Positions 18,574-26,387 of a stretch of DNA of 64,000 nt are shown in pieces. A program made the position numbers and the translations under genes. The stretch is taken from positions 1-64,000 of the IMG/VR virus record IMGVR_UViG_3300042691_028844. One strand, given 5' to 3'. The DNA is from a virus. The notes under the pieces were generated by a model, which was given only the letters and a program-made list of their open reading frames with translations, was not told the origin of the DNA and ran no database searches. Within the stretch, counting starts at the first letter, position 1, and each line of letters opens with the position of its first letter.

Positions 18574-18778
18574 AGGACAAAGGTTTCTCGCGTGGAAATG
18601 AGATGGTCTCAGAGGCTACCCAACAAGGCAGCTTCAGTTTGTACCTAACCAGAGCTAACCTCCTAAGTGCTGTATCTAAATCTGTAAACTCTACAGCTTT
18701 AGTTACGTCAGTGGTGTAGCGTTCAATGTCAAACAAGTAGCCTTCGTTTGATTTAATTGTCCAGATCGTTCTCCTCAT
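18566..18778 (-). CDS. Small hypothetical protein
   Basis: ORF track; overlaps both neighbours. Confidence 0.7.
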   Translation of the reverse strand: MRRTIWTIKSNEGYLFDIERYTTDVTKAVEFTDLDTALRRLALVRYKLKLPCWVASETISFPREKPLSYG

Positions 18779-19974
18779 TAGAAGTCAGGTTCCTCATTGG
18801 TGTTTGCAACTTCAGAGATCAGCTCATCCAAGCCCGCTCCTCCAGCAGCGTGGATAAGCTCTTTACGTTGCTCAAGAAGTTTCTTAAGTTGTTTAGAACG
18901 CTGCTCGTAGATGTCAAGTTCAAGATTGATATCAGGCAAGAGGAGGTTTAGTACGTTTGCATTCTCTGCTGTTTTGATACGTTCGCATAGTTGCTTGTAC
19001 TTTGTCGACAATGCAATTGAAGACTTGAGCTTCTCAAGACCCTTAGAAGAATCTCTTACATTGCAAATATCTTCTAGCTCTTGCTTAATCGTCTCCTGTA
19101 CGGAGTAGAAAGTTTCTGTTGCCTTCTCTCTTACGCCACGATTCTCGTGCTGCATGTTTCGCCCGGACTCAAGCAATTGCTCGGCCAAGTCTGCGAGGTT
19201 ATCGAAGCCAGCAACGGAGTCAGCAATAAGCTTGAGCTTGGTTGCTGTAATCTCCCACGAGCCTCGCTTTTTATCGCTGCCCGTTTGTTGCTTGCCGATT
19301 TTATGAGCCGACCGACAATCTAGATCATCGATGAGTTCAGCGCCGATGACAAGAGCTTTATCTGCGGCCTGTTTCTTAGCGGCTTCAAGAATAGATTGTG
19401 TATTGATTGAGTTCTCGTACGCGATAAACTCTTCTACACCTGTTGTTTCCGTGGGAGTATCCGCTTTCTTAAGTGAGACAGGCAGCGGACCGAGCACACT
19501 GACACGAATTGGAGATTGATACTCCTGCTTTGTAGGAAAGATTCTCATGTAGGCATCGAAGGCGAGCTTAAATTCCTCGTCATCTTTGAACAGCGGTCGC
19601 AGAATACCGTCTGTCGTTTCCTTCCATTTGGAGAACTCAGACTCCCACAGGCCGGCTAGCTTTTCATTAGCTTCCTTTGCTTCTGCTTTAATTTGTTTAA
19701 TCAGTTTGTTAGCGTCATGAAAATAGTTGCTAGTGACAAAATGAGAATCGCCGTAGTGAATGCAATAGCAGTCATACAGTTCACGCTGTAGTACGCGAAG
19801 CGAATCAAGTTCTGTCTTGAGAGCATTGCTGAGGTTAGGCCGAATACTCACAGTGTTATTCTGCTTAAGAGTGTCGACAACACTCTGCGGCAGTTTGAGA
19901 TCGTCAAACTTGATTTGAACTGACTGACGAATGTCTGCACTGATTGCGCAGGAAAGAAGGTAATGAGAAGTCAT
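18778..19974 (-). CDS. Helical/coiled-coil protein in MoxR-vWA locus
   Basis: ORF track. Confidence 0.8.
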   Translation of the reverse strand: MTSHYLLSCAISADIRQSVQIKFDDLKLPQSVVDTLKQNNTVSIRPNLSNALKTELDSLRVLQRELYDCYCIHYGDSHFVTSNYFHDANKLIKQIKAEAKEANEKLAGLWESEFSKWKETTDGILRPLFKDDEEFKLAFDAYMRIFPTKQEYQSPIRVSVLGPLPVSLKKADTPTETTGVEEFIAYENSINTQSILEAAKKQAADKALVIGAELIDDLDCRSAHKIGKQQTGSDKKRGSWEITATKLKLIADSVAGFDNLADLAEQLLESGRNMQHENRGVREKATETFYSVQETIKQELEDICNVRDSSKGLEKLKSSIALSTKYKQLCERIKTAENANVLNLLLPDINLELDIYEQRSKQLKKLLEQRKELIHAAGGAGLDELISEVANTNEEPDF

Positions 19975-20013
19975 GGCAAACAGAATAGGTTGTGGATTGA
20001 CAGAGCCGACAGT

Positions 20014-20436
20014 CTACTTTTTAAGACGGCTGAAGGCGAGTGTGATCTTTTCGGTAACTTGATCGCATTGGCCTTTCATGATGAGCTCTTCCGCTGTGTT
20101 CTTGAACATGGTCTTAGCTAGTTTAAGTTCCTGCTCAAGCTTTGCAACCTTATCGGCAAGTTTAGTGAGTTTGTCGTGTGTGGTTGGTTGTTTGTGAACT
20201 CGAATAACAATGTGAGCGTTGAAATCCGGGAACTTGAACCTACTGTCGTCGCCCTGGAAAACAGAGAAATCGAGACCTTCTTTCTCAGCGATACGAATGT
20301 CCCGTAGGAGATTGTCTTTAGCGGCGACGTAAGTAACGCCGAAAGACTGCTCAAGTTGCTGTGAGGCTACATCGTATTCGTCATACGATTCTGCAGCAAG
20401 TGTGCCTAGATCGAGTAGGTGGTTGGTGGTAATCAT
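20014..20436 (-). CDS. Hypothetical protein with coiled coil
   Basis: ORF track; start set at MITTNH. Confidence 0.75.
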   Translation of the reverse strand: MITTNHLLDLGTLAAESYDEYDVASQQLEQSFGVTYVAAKDNLLRDIRIAEKEGLDFSVFQGDDSRFKFPDFNAHIVIRVHKQPTTHDKLTKLADKVAKLEQELKLAKTMFKNTAEELIMKGQCDQVTEKITLAFSRLKK

Positions 20437-20492
20437 TTGAGGGAATGTGATAGTAAAACGCACCTCGTTGCGGGCCGGTGCCGCCCATGGCG

Positions 20493-20503
20493 ATCATACC
20501 ACA
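20493..20503 (-). promoter_or_regulatory. Extended -10 promoter TGTGGTATGAT
   Basis: TGn-TATGAT upstream of the MoxR-vWA operon. Confidence 0.5.
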
Positions 20504-20529
20504 GGAAACCTCTAGATAGCTAGGTGATT

Positions 20530-20593
20530 CGGCGGAAGGGGAATCGAACCCCACTTTTACCCGGCAGCACCGTGGCAGGCGACCCGCCCCGCC
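20530..20593 (-). ncRNA. tRNA-like element (acceptor stem + T-arm, no normal D/anticodon arms)
   Basis: GGCGGGG/TTCCGCC stem, GGGG-TTCGATT-CCCC T-arm; about 64 nt. Confidence 0.45.
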
Positions 20594-20600
20594 GGGTTTG

Positions 20601-20774
20601 TTACTTGCGCGGGTATGCAGTCACATGCCACGGAGGCACTGCTACATTTGCGCTTAAGAATGCAGATTTAGCTTGCTCAATACTTGAGCCCTGCACTCTT
20701 TCGGTGAACTTCCAGCCGTCTTTGCCTTTCACGAAGACATCGAACTCACGGAGCGGTTTCTGTGCCTGAAACAT
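20601..20774 (-). CDS. Small hypothetical protein (57 aa)
   Basis: Manual translation MFQAQKPLREFDVFVKGKDGWKF... Confidence 0.65.
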   Translation of the reverse strand: MFQAQKPLREFDVFVKGKDGWKFTERVQGSSIEQAKSAFLSANVAVPPWHVTAYPRK

Positions 20775-20949
20775 TGGCGAAACTGTCGTCGAAGTTACTT
20801 TACCATCGGATTAACCTCTTAACTACGTTACCTAGATCTTACAGATTACCTTAAGCGTACTGGGTAGCTGGTTAATAGTAGAAGTAAAACTTTTCTTACT
20901 AACACCGATTACTTAACGTAAATTTCGCTGGGGGCAGATAAGGACCCTT

Positions 20950-21156
20950 TCACTTATAAACACAGAGCAGTTGAGGTGTGAGGCTATCTTTAAGCTCTAT
21001 AAGTTTGTGCGTTTGCTTATTGCATTTCTTGCGTATGACGTTGTTTTGCTCGATTTGAGCGGCGGCCAGCAGGCCCAGAGTCACGGCTATCGCAGCCAGA
21101 AACGTCAGAAATTTGGATTCAAAACCAAAAGCCCGGACAAGTTCTTTGAAAGACAT
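20950..21156 (-). CDS. Small membrane/secreted protein
   Basis: ORF track; hydrophobic segment plus 2 Cys. Confidence 0.6.
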   Translation of the reverse strand: MSFKELVRAFGFESKFLTFLAAIAVTLGLLAAAQIEQNNVIRKKCNKQTHKLIELKDSLTPQLLCVYK

Positions 21157-21219
21157 TAACTAAGAAACGGAAATGAAGTACAGATACTGCCGGCGTGGCA
21201 ACTAATCTCTCCCCCACAG

Positions 21220-21435
21220 CTATGTCTTTAGGGAGTTATCGGTCTCGTTCTTTTCTCTCGTGCAGTGATACGCAATGTATCTGATTCGTAGATTCTTATG
21301 TTCTTCTAATTGTCTCACTAGGTCTTCGTGTTCTTCAGCGTACCAGAAGGTATTTTGAAGCTCACGCCCAACCTTTAACTCTTCGTCACTGTCTAAGTCA
21401 TGGAATCGCACCCATTCGAGTTTGTACTTGTACAT
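21220..21435 (-). CDS. Small hypothetical early protein
   Basis: ORF track. Confidence 0.65.
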   Translation of the reverse strand: MYKYKLEWVRFHDLDSDEELKVGRELQNTFWYAEEHEDLVRQLEEHKNLRIRYIAYHCTREKNETDNSLKT

Positions 21436-21437
21436 TC

Positions 21438-21659
21438 TTAGGGTTTTACGGTCAATAAGAGTTTAATGACGCTACACTCTCTCACACATTCGTGTACTGC
21501 TTCTTCATAAGAAACTCCACATTCAACGCCGCTTACGATGCAGTCAACAGCGTATGTAAATAGCTGTAGTTGATTCCTGCGTCGATGGTCATTCGTGAGG
21601 AGGTTGTGCAACTTTGAGCTTAGCGAGTGTGTCTGCTTGTTTGACATTGTTCGGTTCAT
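21438..21659 (-). CDS. Small hypothetical early protein
   Basis: ORF track. Confidence 0.55.
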   Translation of the reverse strand: MNRTMSNKQTHSLSSKLHNLLTNDHRRRNQLQLFTYAVDCIVSGVECGVSYEEAVHECVRECSVIKLLLTVKP

Positions 21660-21906
21660 TTGACGGTTTAGTAAGCGTAGGTTTGGCTTTAGTCTGTTTC
21701 TTGGTTTGGGTCACACTTACGCGACCCTTTATGTCCCATAGTTCCCCAATGATTCGGTCTAGTTCGATGACTCGCTTTGAGTACATCTTGTAATTGGGGT
21801 GTTCGGTGTTGGCGCTGTACATTTCAGCCCAGCGCTGCGACGCATTGCACTCGTGGATCAGCGCTGTGCGTAACACTGCAGCATCTAGTTCAATGTCAAC
21901 AGTCAC
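21589..21906 (-). CDS. Small hypothetical early protein
   Basis: ORF track. Confidence 0.6.
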   Translation of the reverse strand: MTVDIELDAAVLRTALIHECNASQRWAEMYSANTEHPNYKMYSKRVIELDRIIGELWDIKGRVSVTQTKKQTKAKPTLTKPSNEPNNVKQADTLAKLKVAQPPHE

Positions 21907-22015
21907 GAAGAACTCCAGCGAGTAAGATACATGCCCCCAGTAGGGTTATGGGAGGATAAAAGCTAGTTAGGCCGCCGATAATTAAGCCAACCCCGATTGC
22001 GCGAACGACGAACAT
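21896..22015 (-). CDS. 39-aa hydrophobic membrane peptide
   Basis: Manual translation MFVVRAIGVGLIIGGLTSFYPPITLLGACILLAGVLRDC. Confidence 0.55.
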   Translation of the reverse strand: MFVVRAIGVGLIIGGLTSFYPPITLLGACILLAGVLRDC

Positions 22016-22038
22016 GATGATAGTAAATTTCTGTTGGG

Positions 22039-22308
22039 TTAATTTATACCGCCATTGTTAACAAACTCTTTCGCGTCGATGACACGATTGAAGCTCTGTA
22101 TAACTTGAGCGATGTGAACTACGCCGTCCGCAACTTCGAGCGGCTCGTACTTACACACGTTATAGATTTTATGAGCCGCCGTGGATTCGACCGGCTCTCT
22201 AATCTCACCCACCACAGTGTTATCCCGGAAGATAAGTTCTCGATACCAACTGTTGTTGTTGGGGTAGTGGCGCTGTTCGTAACGATAGGGAATTGGGGTA
22301 GTGTTCAT
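22039..22308 (-). CDS. Small hypothetical early protein
   Basis: ORF track; start at MNTTP. Confidence 0.65.
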   Translation of the reverse strand: MNTTPIPYRYEQRHYPNNNSWYRELIFRDNTVVGEIREPVESTAAHKIYNVCKYEPLEVADGVVHIAQVIQSFNRVIDAKEFVNNGGIN

Positions 22309-22329
22309 GATGCAAATGTGCAGAGGTTG

Positions 22330-22358
22330 ATTGTGTGAGTTGGCCCCGCGAAGCGGGT
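22330..22358 (-). repeat. Intergenic hairpin repeat, copy 1 (CCCGC-TTC-GCGGG-GCCAACTCACACAAT)
   Basis: Near-identical to 23981-24010. Confidence 0.85.
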
Positions 22359-22525
22359 TAGACAATCATTCCATGTTTCATGTCATACAACAATTCGTCG
22401 CATACATCATCCCCCACACGGAGGATGAGTGCGCGAGCAATGTACAGTTCCATGCCGTGCATGTCTACCAGCTCGCGCAGTTTATCACGAGACGATTGCC
22501 CGTGGACCTTCTCGTAGATGTTCAT
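22358..22525 (-). CDS. Small hypothetical protein (55 aa)
   Basis: Manual translation MNIYEKVHGQSSRDKLRELVDMHG... Confidence 0.65.
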   Translation of the reverse strand: MNIYEKVHGQSSRDKLRELVDMHGMELYIARALILRVGDDVCDELLYDMKHGMIV

Positions 22526-22540
22526 GACTTTGTACGTTGG

Positions 22541-22942
22541 TTACGAACCGAGGATGATTGAATCAATGTCTACGAGACGATGATTCTTGTCGTAGAGGTA
22601 GCACTCTCCAGATAATCCAGATCGGCTATCGTATGTGATCCAAATTACTTTCATGTACTTGCTGACCATTAAGGTTGCGTAGTGAGCTGAAATGAAGTCG
22701 AAAATGTCTTGGTCGTAGTTGCCATCTTCCGTGTCAAGTTTGATGGTTAGCTTGTCGCCGTCGAGTTCAAGATACTGCTCGGTTTCCTCTACAAAACCCT
22801 CGTATGTTACCCATTCAAGTGAGGGCGGAATCTCATCCTCGTGATTGGTCAGGTAATCGTAAATGTGCAGAAGTACATCTTCCTTAGACTTGATGTTAGC
22901 GACTGTGCAAGTAGCAATCGCAGCGTTATGGGTGTAAGACAT
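22541..22942 (-). CDS. Acidic hypothetical early protein
   Basis: ORF track. Confidence 0.75.
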   Translation of the reverse strand: MSYTHNAAIATCTVANIKSKEDVLLHIYDYLTNHEDEIPPSLEWVTYEGFVEETEQYLELDGDKLTIKLDTEDGNYDQDIFDFISAHYATLMVSKYMKVIWITYDSRSGLSGECYLYDKNHRLVDIDSIILGS

Positions 22943-22969
22943 TGTGATTCAGTGGCAAATGGTAAAGGC

Positions 22970-22984
22970 GCCCCGCGTAGCGGG
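22970..22984 (-). repeat. Intergenic hairpin repeat, copy 2 (CCCGC-TAC-GCGGG)
   Basis: Same stem as copies 1 and 3. Confidence 0.7.
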
Positions 22985-22985
22985 A

Positions 22986-23177
22986 TTAACGACAACGTGC
23001 ATCCCTAGCTTCAGCGTGAAGCTCAGAGATCATGTCTTCTAGCTCATCTTCTGTCGGGGTACTTTTCAGCCGGTCGTAAATAAGCTCAGCCATCATGTAG
23101 ATGTGTTCTGTTTCAAGGTAGTTACCTACAGCGTTGTGAGTTGATTTCACATACTCTTCGATTTGTTGGAGTTCCAT
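22986..23177 (-). CDS. Small acidic protein
   Basis: ORF track. Confidence 0.65.
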   Translation of the reverse strand: MELQQIEEYVKSTHNAVGNYLETEHIYMMAELIYDRLKSTPTEDELEDMISELHAEARDARCR

Positions 23178-23179
23178 AA

Positions 23180-23341
23180 TCAGTCAGAGTTCCAGGATTT
23201 GCATGGCCTGCGTGATACATAGTATCGCGCAACTGGATCAGAAATGTTGTATTCGTTGCACATACGTGAGGCTTCCTTGTATGTGTCGAACTGATCCACA
23301 GTTTCTAGTTCGTTTGTCGTTTTGCGTTGGATGTAGAACAT
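23180..23341 (-). CDS. Small hypothetical protein (53 aa)
   Basis: Manual translation MFYIQRKTTNELETVDQFDTYKEASRMCNEY... Confidence 0.7.
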   Translation of the reverse strand: MFYIQRKTTNELETVDQFDTYKEASRMCNEYNISDPVARYYVSRRPCKSWNSD

Positions 23342-23343
23342 AA

Positions 23344-23691
23344 TTAACCCCGGACGAAGTGGTGGTGAGAATTCACTTCAACCCTCCAATCATCTTCTTC
23401 GATTGCGGTGGCGAACCACTTGTGATTCTTCTGATAAATGCCTGCGCCACAAAGATTGTGCAGGATGACATTCAGGCGTGACTTAGTTGTAGGTGTTTGC
23501 CACCCACAGTCGCAGATACTTACAAGGTCGGGCCTGATCTGTGCGATCAGATTGTCGTGAAGGTAGACGTTAATCCGTTCGATGTTTGTGTCACCGTGCG
23601 GGAAGTACGTTACCTGAACTCGTGTATTGCTGGACTTCCAATCCTTACGATTGCGGATTGCATCCAGCATCTGCTGTTCGATCACTCGCAT
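23344..23691 (-). CDS. Conserved-type phage early protein (MRxIE...GWQTPTTKSRLN)
   Basis: ORF track; recognisable motif of unknown function. Confidence 0.8.
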   Translation of the reverse strand: MRVIEQQMLDAIRNRKDWKSSNTRVQVTYFPHGDTNIERINVYLHDNLIAQIRPDLVSICDCGWQTPTTKSRLNVILHNLCGAGIYQKNHKWFATAIEEDDWRVEVNSHHHFVRG

Positions 23692-23722
23692 TGTTCGATC
23701 CTCGTGGTTAGTTAGTGTGGAT

Positions 23723-23965
23723 TCAGTCAGTTAAGGTTGCAAGCACAATCTCACACCTATCCGTTGGACGGATGATGATGTAAGTGCCCCAATCTGAGGT
23801 GATACAGGGTAATCCTGTCCACCCAAGTTCTTTCTTGAGTGTGCGTACAATCCACGCTGAACTGTACTTTTCAGGTATCTCTACCTCGCTGCGGTTAACC
23901 CAGCAATAGTTAGGCTCTCCACCGAATGTATCGGTGTGCTCAATGCTCCACAGTTTGTGTGACAT
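23723..23965 (-). CDS. Small phage protein (TDTFGGEPNYCWV motif)
   Basis: ORF track. Confidence 0.75.
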   Translation of the reverse strand: MSHKLWSIEHTDTFGGEPNYCWVNRSEVEIPEKYSSAWIVRTLKKELGWTGLPCITSDWGTYIIIRPTDRCEIVLATLTD

Positions 23966-23980
23966 TGTGATGTTGGTGTA

Positions 23981-24010
23981 ATTGTGTGAGTTGGCCCCGC
24001 GTTAGCGGGT
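23981..24010 (-). repeat. Intergenic hairpin repeat, copy 3
   Basis: Near-identical to 22330-22358; contains the stop codon of 24002-24193. Confidence 0.85.
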
Positions 24011-24193
24011 GATAACCGTGTCGCCGTTATCCTCAATCTGAGAAGTTATAACTGTGCGCCCACAAAGTGCATTGTATGCTGCGGGGCACTCGCGCATAAG
24101 AATCCTGCGCAAATCCTGCGACATGTGGTAAGACATTGTGCGCAGGAGAATCTCTTTGTGGTAGTAGGAGATCTGGTCAAAGTTGCTGCTCAT
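24002..24193 (-). CDS. Small hypothetical early protein
   Basis: ORF track. Confidence 0.65.
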   Translation of the reverse strand: MSSNFDQISYYHKEILLRTMSYHMSQDLRRILMRECPAAYNALCGRTVITSQIEDNGDTVITR

Positions 24194-24390
24194 CGGTTTG
24201 GATTGCAGGTGTTGGGGATAATCTGGACCGTGGTGATGTTGCCCTCTATAGACAGAAGGGCGTCATCAATCTGTTTGATCTTGTCACCTAACGTTGTATA
24301 AACGTGCGGGTACCCATTAAATAATTGCAGTAATGCTGTGCGATAGTCAATCAAAGCTATGCGAATTGTGGTCGCGTCGATTGTAGTCAT
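24190..24390 (-). CDS. Small hypothetical early protein
   Basis: ORF track. Confidence 0.65.
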   Translation of the reverse strand: MTTIDATTIRIALIDYRTALLQLFNGYPHVYTTLGDKIKQIDDALLSIEGNITTVQIIPNTCNPNR

Positions 24391-24421
24391 GGCGGTGAAT
24401 GATGATAGTAATTTGATGCAG

Positions 24422-24592
24422 TCAGTCTGTAGGTGAGCCTGCTAGAAACTCAGCCTCGCTGATAATCTCTACCCAAGCGTGTGGGAGAGATTCAGCGAAT
24501 GAATCGTAGGCGTCATCAGCTTCTGAATAAGAGTCAAAGTGTGCGAGAGTTTCGTAGCCATAGGGCGAGAGATTAACGATGCGGTAAGACAT
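24422..24592 (-). CDS. Small acidic protein (56 aa)
   Basis: Manual translation MSYRIVNLSPYGYETLAHFDSYSEADDAY... Confidence 0.65.
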   Translation of the reverse strand: MSYRIVNLSPYGYETLAHFDSYSEADDAYDSFAESLPHAWVEIISEAEFLAGSPTD

Positions 24593-24614
24593 GATTCAGA
24601 AAGAATAGGTGAGG

Positions 24615-24773
24615 TTAGGCTTGGTCAGGGTAAATAAGTTTATGCTGTTTAAGCAAGATCATGTGATCGAGTGCGTCACCTAAGGTAGAGCGAACATACT
24701 CATCCTTCAGGCCAGCTAACTCATAGGCTTCGTAAACAGCGCGATAGAGTTCATCGAATTGTGTTTGTATCAT
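24615..24773 (-). CDS. Small protein (52 aa)
   Basis: Manual translation MIQTQFDELYRAVYEAYELAG... Confidence 0.65.
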   Translation of the reverse strand: MIQTQFDELYRAVYEAYELAGLKDEYVRSTLGDALDHMILLKQHKLIYPDQA

Positions 24774-24803
24774 GGTGACAAGATGCAGGGTTAGTTACAG
24801 CAA

Positions 24804-25013
24804 TCAAGTATTCGGTTTGATTAACTTAAACTCCTGAATGTCGTAATAAGCAATAGTGTCTGCACTATAACTACGCAAACGCTTTAACTCATTCTGTGCG
24901 CCGCGATCAGACTTGAACCACTGGTGATTCCATCGGCCGCGAGACTTAACAGCCACGCAATGCGTGGCATTCTTCTCAACTTGGCGACCAGTTGCGAGGG
25001 TAAAAGTGTTCAT
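24804..25013 (-). CDS. Small hypothetical early protein
   Basis: ORF track; start at MNTFTL. Confidence 0.65.
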   Translation of the reverse strand: MNTFTLATGRQVEKNATHCVAVKSRGRWNHQWFKSDRGAQNELKRLRSYSADTIAYYDIQEFKLIKPNT

Positions 25014-25020
25014 GATTAAA

Positions 25021-25290
25021 TCAAACAGACTGACGAAGATGAGAGAAACCGGGCACTTCATGAGCCCAGTCGGGTGAGGGCAACGTGCGCCGCAATTCGT
25101 TATACAAACCCGGCTTAATGTTTATACGTTCCGCATCGTATGCGGCACTGCGCCAGATACCTGGCACTGCATCGCTACCCATGTAGCCTTCATCCCATGC
25201 GGCTATACGTTGCCCTTCATTAACAAGAACATACAGCCGCCGTGGGTTACCATTACGGTCGTTATGTGTGCAAAGATGTTGGAAGTACAT
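25021..25290 (-). CDS. Early protein with DRNGNPRR motif
   Basis: ORF track; start at MYFQHL. Confidence 0.7.
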   Translation of the reverse strand: MYFQHLCTHNDRNGNPRRLYVLVNEGQRIAAWDEGYMGSDAVPGIWRSAAYDAERINIKPGLYNELRRTLPSPDWAHEVPGFSHLRQSV

Positions 25291-26072
25291 GGCAAAAGAT
25301 GCGACGAATTTAGTAAAACAATCAGCGAGAAAGTTTGGCCGATTGTTTACGCGAAAGGTTCGCAGCCTTGCGAGCAATTGCTTCGATTTGCTTAGCAGTC
25401 ATGACGGATCACCTGTTAAAACAATGTGGACGTTGAGAGAGTGAATCTCTCAGGTAAAGTGTAAGTTACACCCTACGGGAGAGAATCACGCTGACAAGAT
25501 AAACGCTAAGATTGATTCAGTGCCATGATCTAATTTAGATCATAACTTGATCCACGATTGGTCTACCTTGTCAGCGGACTAGAAACAATCCGGGATCCCT
25601 CAAAGGATCATCCGGTAATCAAACGGAAAACATAATCGACGCACAGTGTTAGTTACAGCGTACGAATGCAATCGCTGGCAGATAACTAATCCCGCCATCC
25701 TACGGGCGCCGCCGTGGTGAGGGATCAGTGTCCAACGGTCCGCGTACCTGCTCTAAAGACAGATACGCTGGACACAATCAGTACAATGTAACTAACACTG
25801 TGCGCTGATAATGTGTACGGTGCGACCCATACATTGCGCAGCTAGTTACAGGGAACGACCCTGCAGATCAGTTGTAGTTACAACGTGCCCACTGATAATG
25901 CGTGACATAGATACAGAGCGTGAGTAGATAGGGTTCGCCTATCGGACAGTGTGACCCACGGTTATACCTTGCGGGGGAACTTCCGCGCCCGCTTCATCAC
26001 TTAAGTATGAAATAGTTAGCTATTGTGTCGGCTACCCGTGCTAACCCGCACACACATAACTAAACTATTTAA

Positions 26073-26084
26073 TTGTCAAGGTTC
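26073..26084 (-). promoter_or_regulatory. boxA-like element GAACCTTGACAA
   Basis: Matches cyanobacterial rrn boxA. Confidence 0.6.
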
Positions 26085-26220
26085 GTCAACCTAGTTACCT
26101 ACTACAACTCCCGCCGCTCACGTTCGGTTACACCATGCCTGCCATCGCCTACGTTTCGGGGAAGAGCTCCCTACCATCGGCGGCACGCGTGGCGACCGTT
26201 CGGCCATCGCGGGGTTGATT

Positions 26221-26257
26221 CAGTTTTCAAGGTTCAACCGATCGGGTTTCGATCAGT
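26221..26257 (-). promoter_or_regulatory. boxB-like hairpin followed by boxA GAACCTTGAAAACTG
   Basis: 8-bp stem 26237-26257 directly upstream of the cyanobacterial boxA consensus. Confidence 0.7.
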
Positions 26258-26263
26258 GAGCAC

Positions 26264-26293
26264 AGCATCGCCCCGATCTGGTCCGTCCGTCAA
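26264..26293 (-). promoter_or_regulatory. Putative early promoter TTGACG-N18-GATGCT
   Basis: Predicted TSS falls on the first base of the boxB-like stem; -10 is imperfect. Confidence 0.45.
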
Positions 26294-26387
26294 CCCTTTC
26301 CACTAGGTACAAATACCTATTCTTCTATAAGCGTAGCTAATGGTACAGGTGTCCTAGTCTGCCAGGGTCCTTCTCCAGTAGGAGGAA

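Larger units (their letters stand above)
25441..26257 (-). ncRNA. Putative large structured non-coding RNA or 5' leader (about 820 nt)
   Basis: More than 12 nested inverted repeats including a perfect 18-bp stem; no minus-strand ORF; several plus-strand A-C mismatches become G-U pairs on the minus strand. Confidence 0.65.

Noticed and set aside
20524-20769. 81-aa plus-strand ORF
   Set aside because: Antisense to a better 57-aa minus-strand ORF and the tRNA-like element.
22330-24010. Intergenic hairpins as terminators or integron attC sites
   Set aside because: No U-tract, no GTTRRRY/RYYYAAC cores and no integrase in the window.
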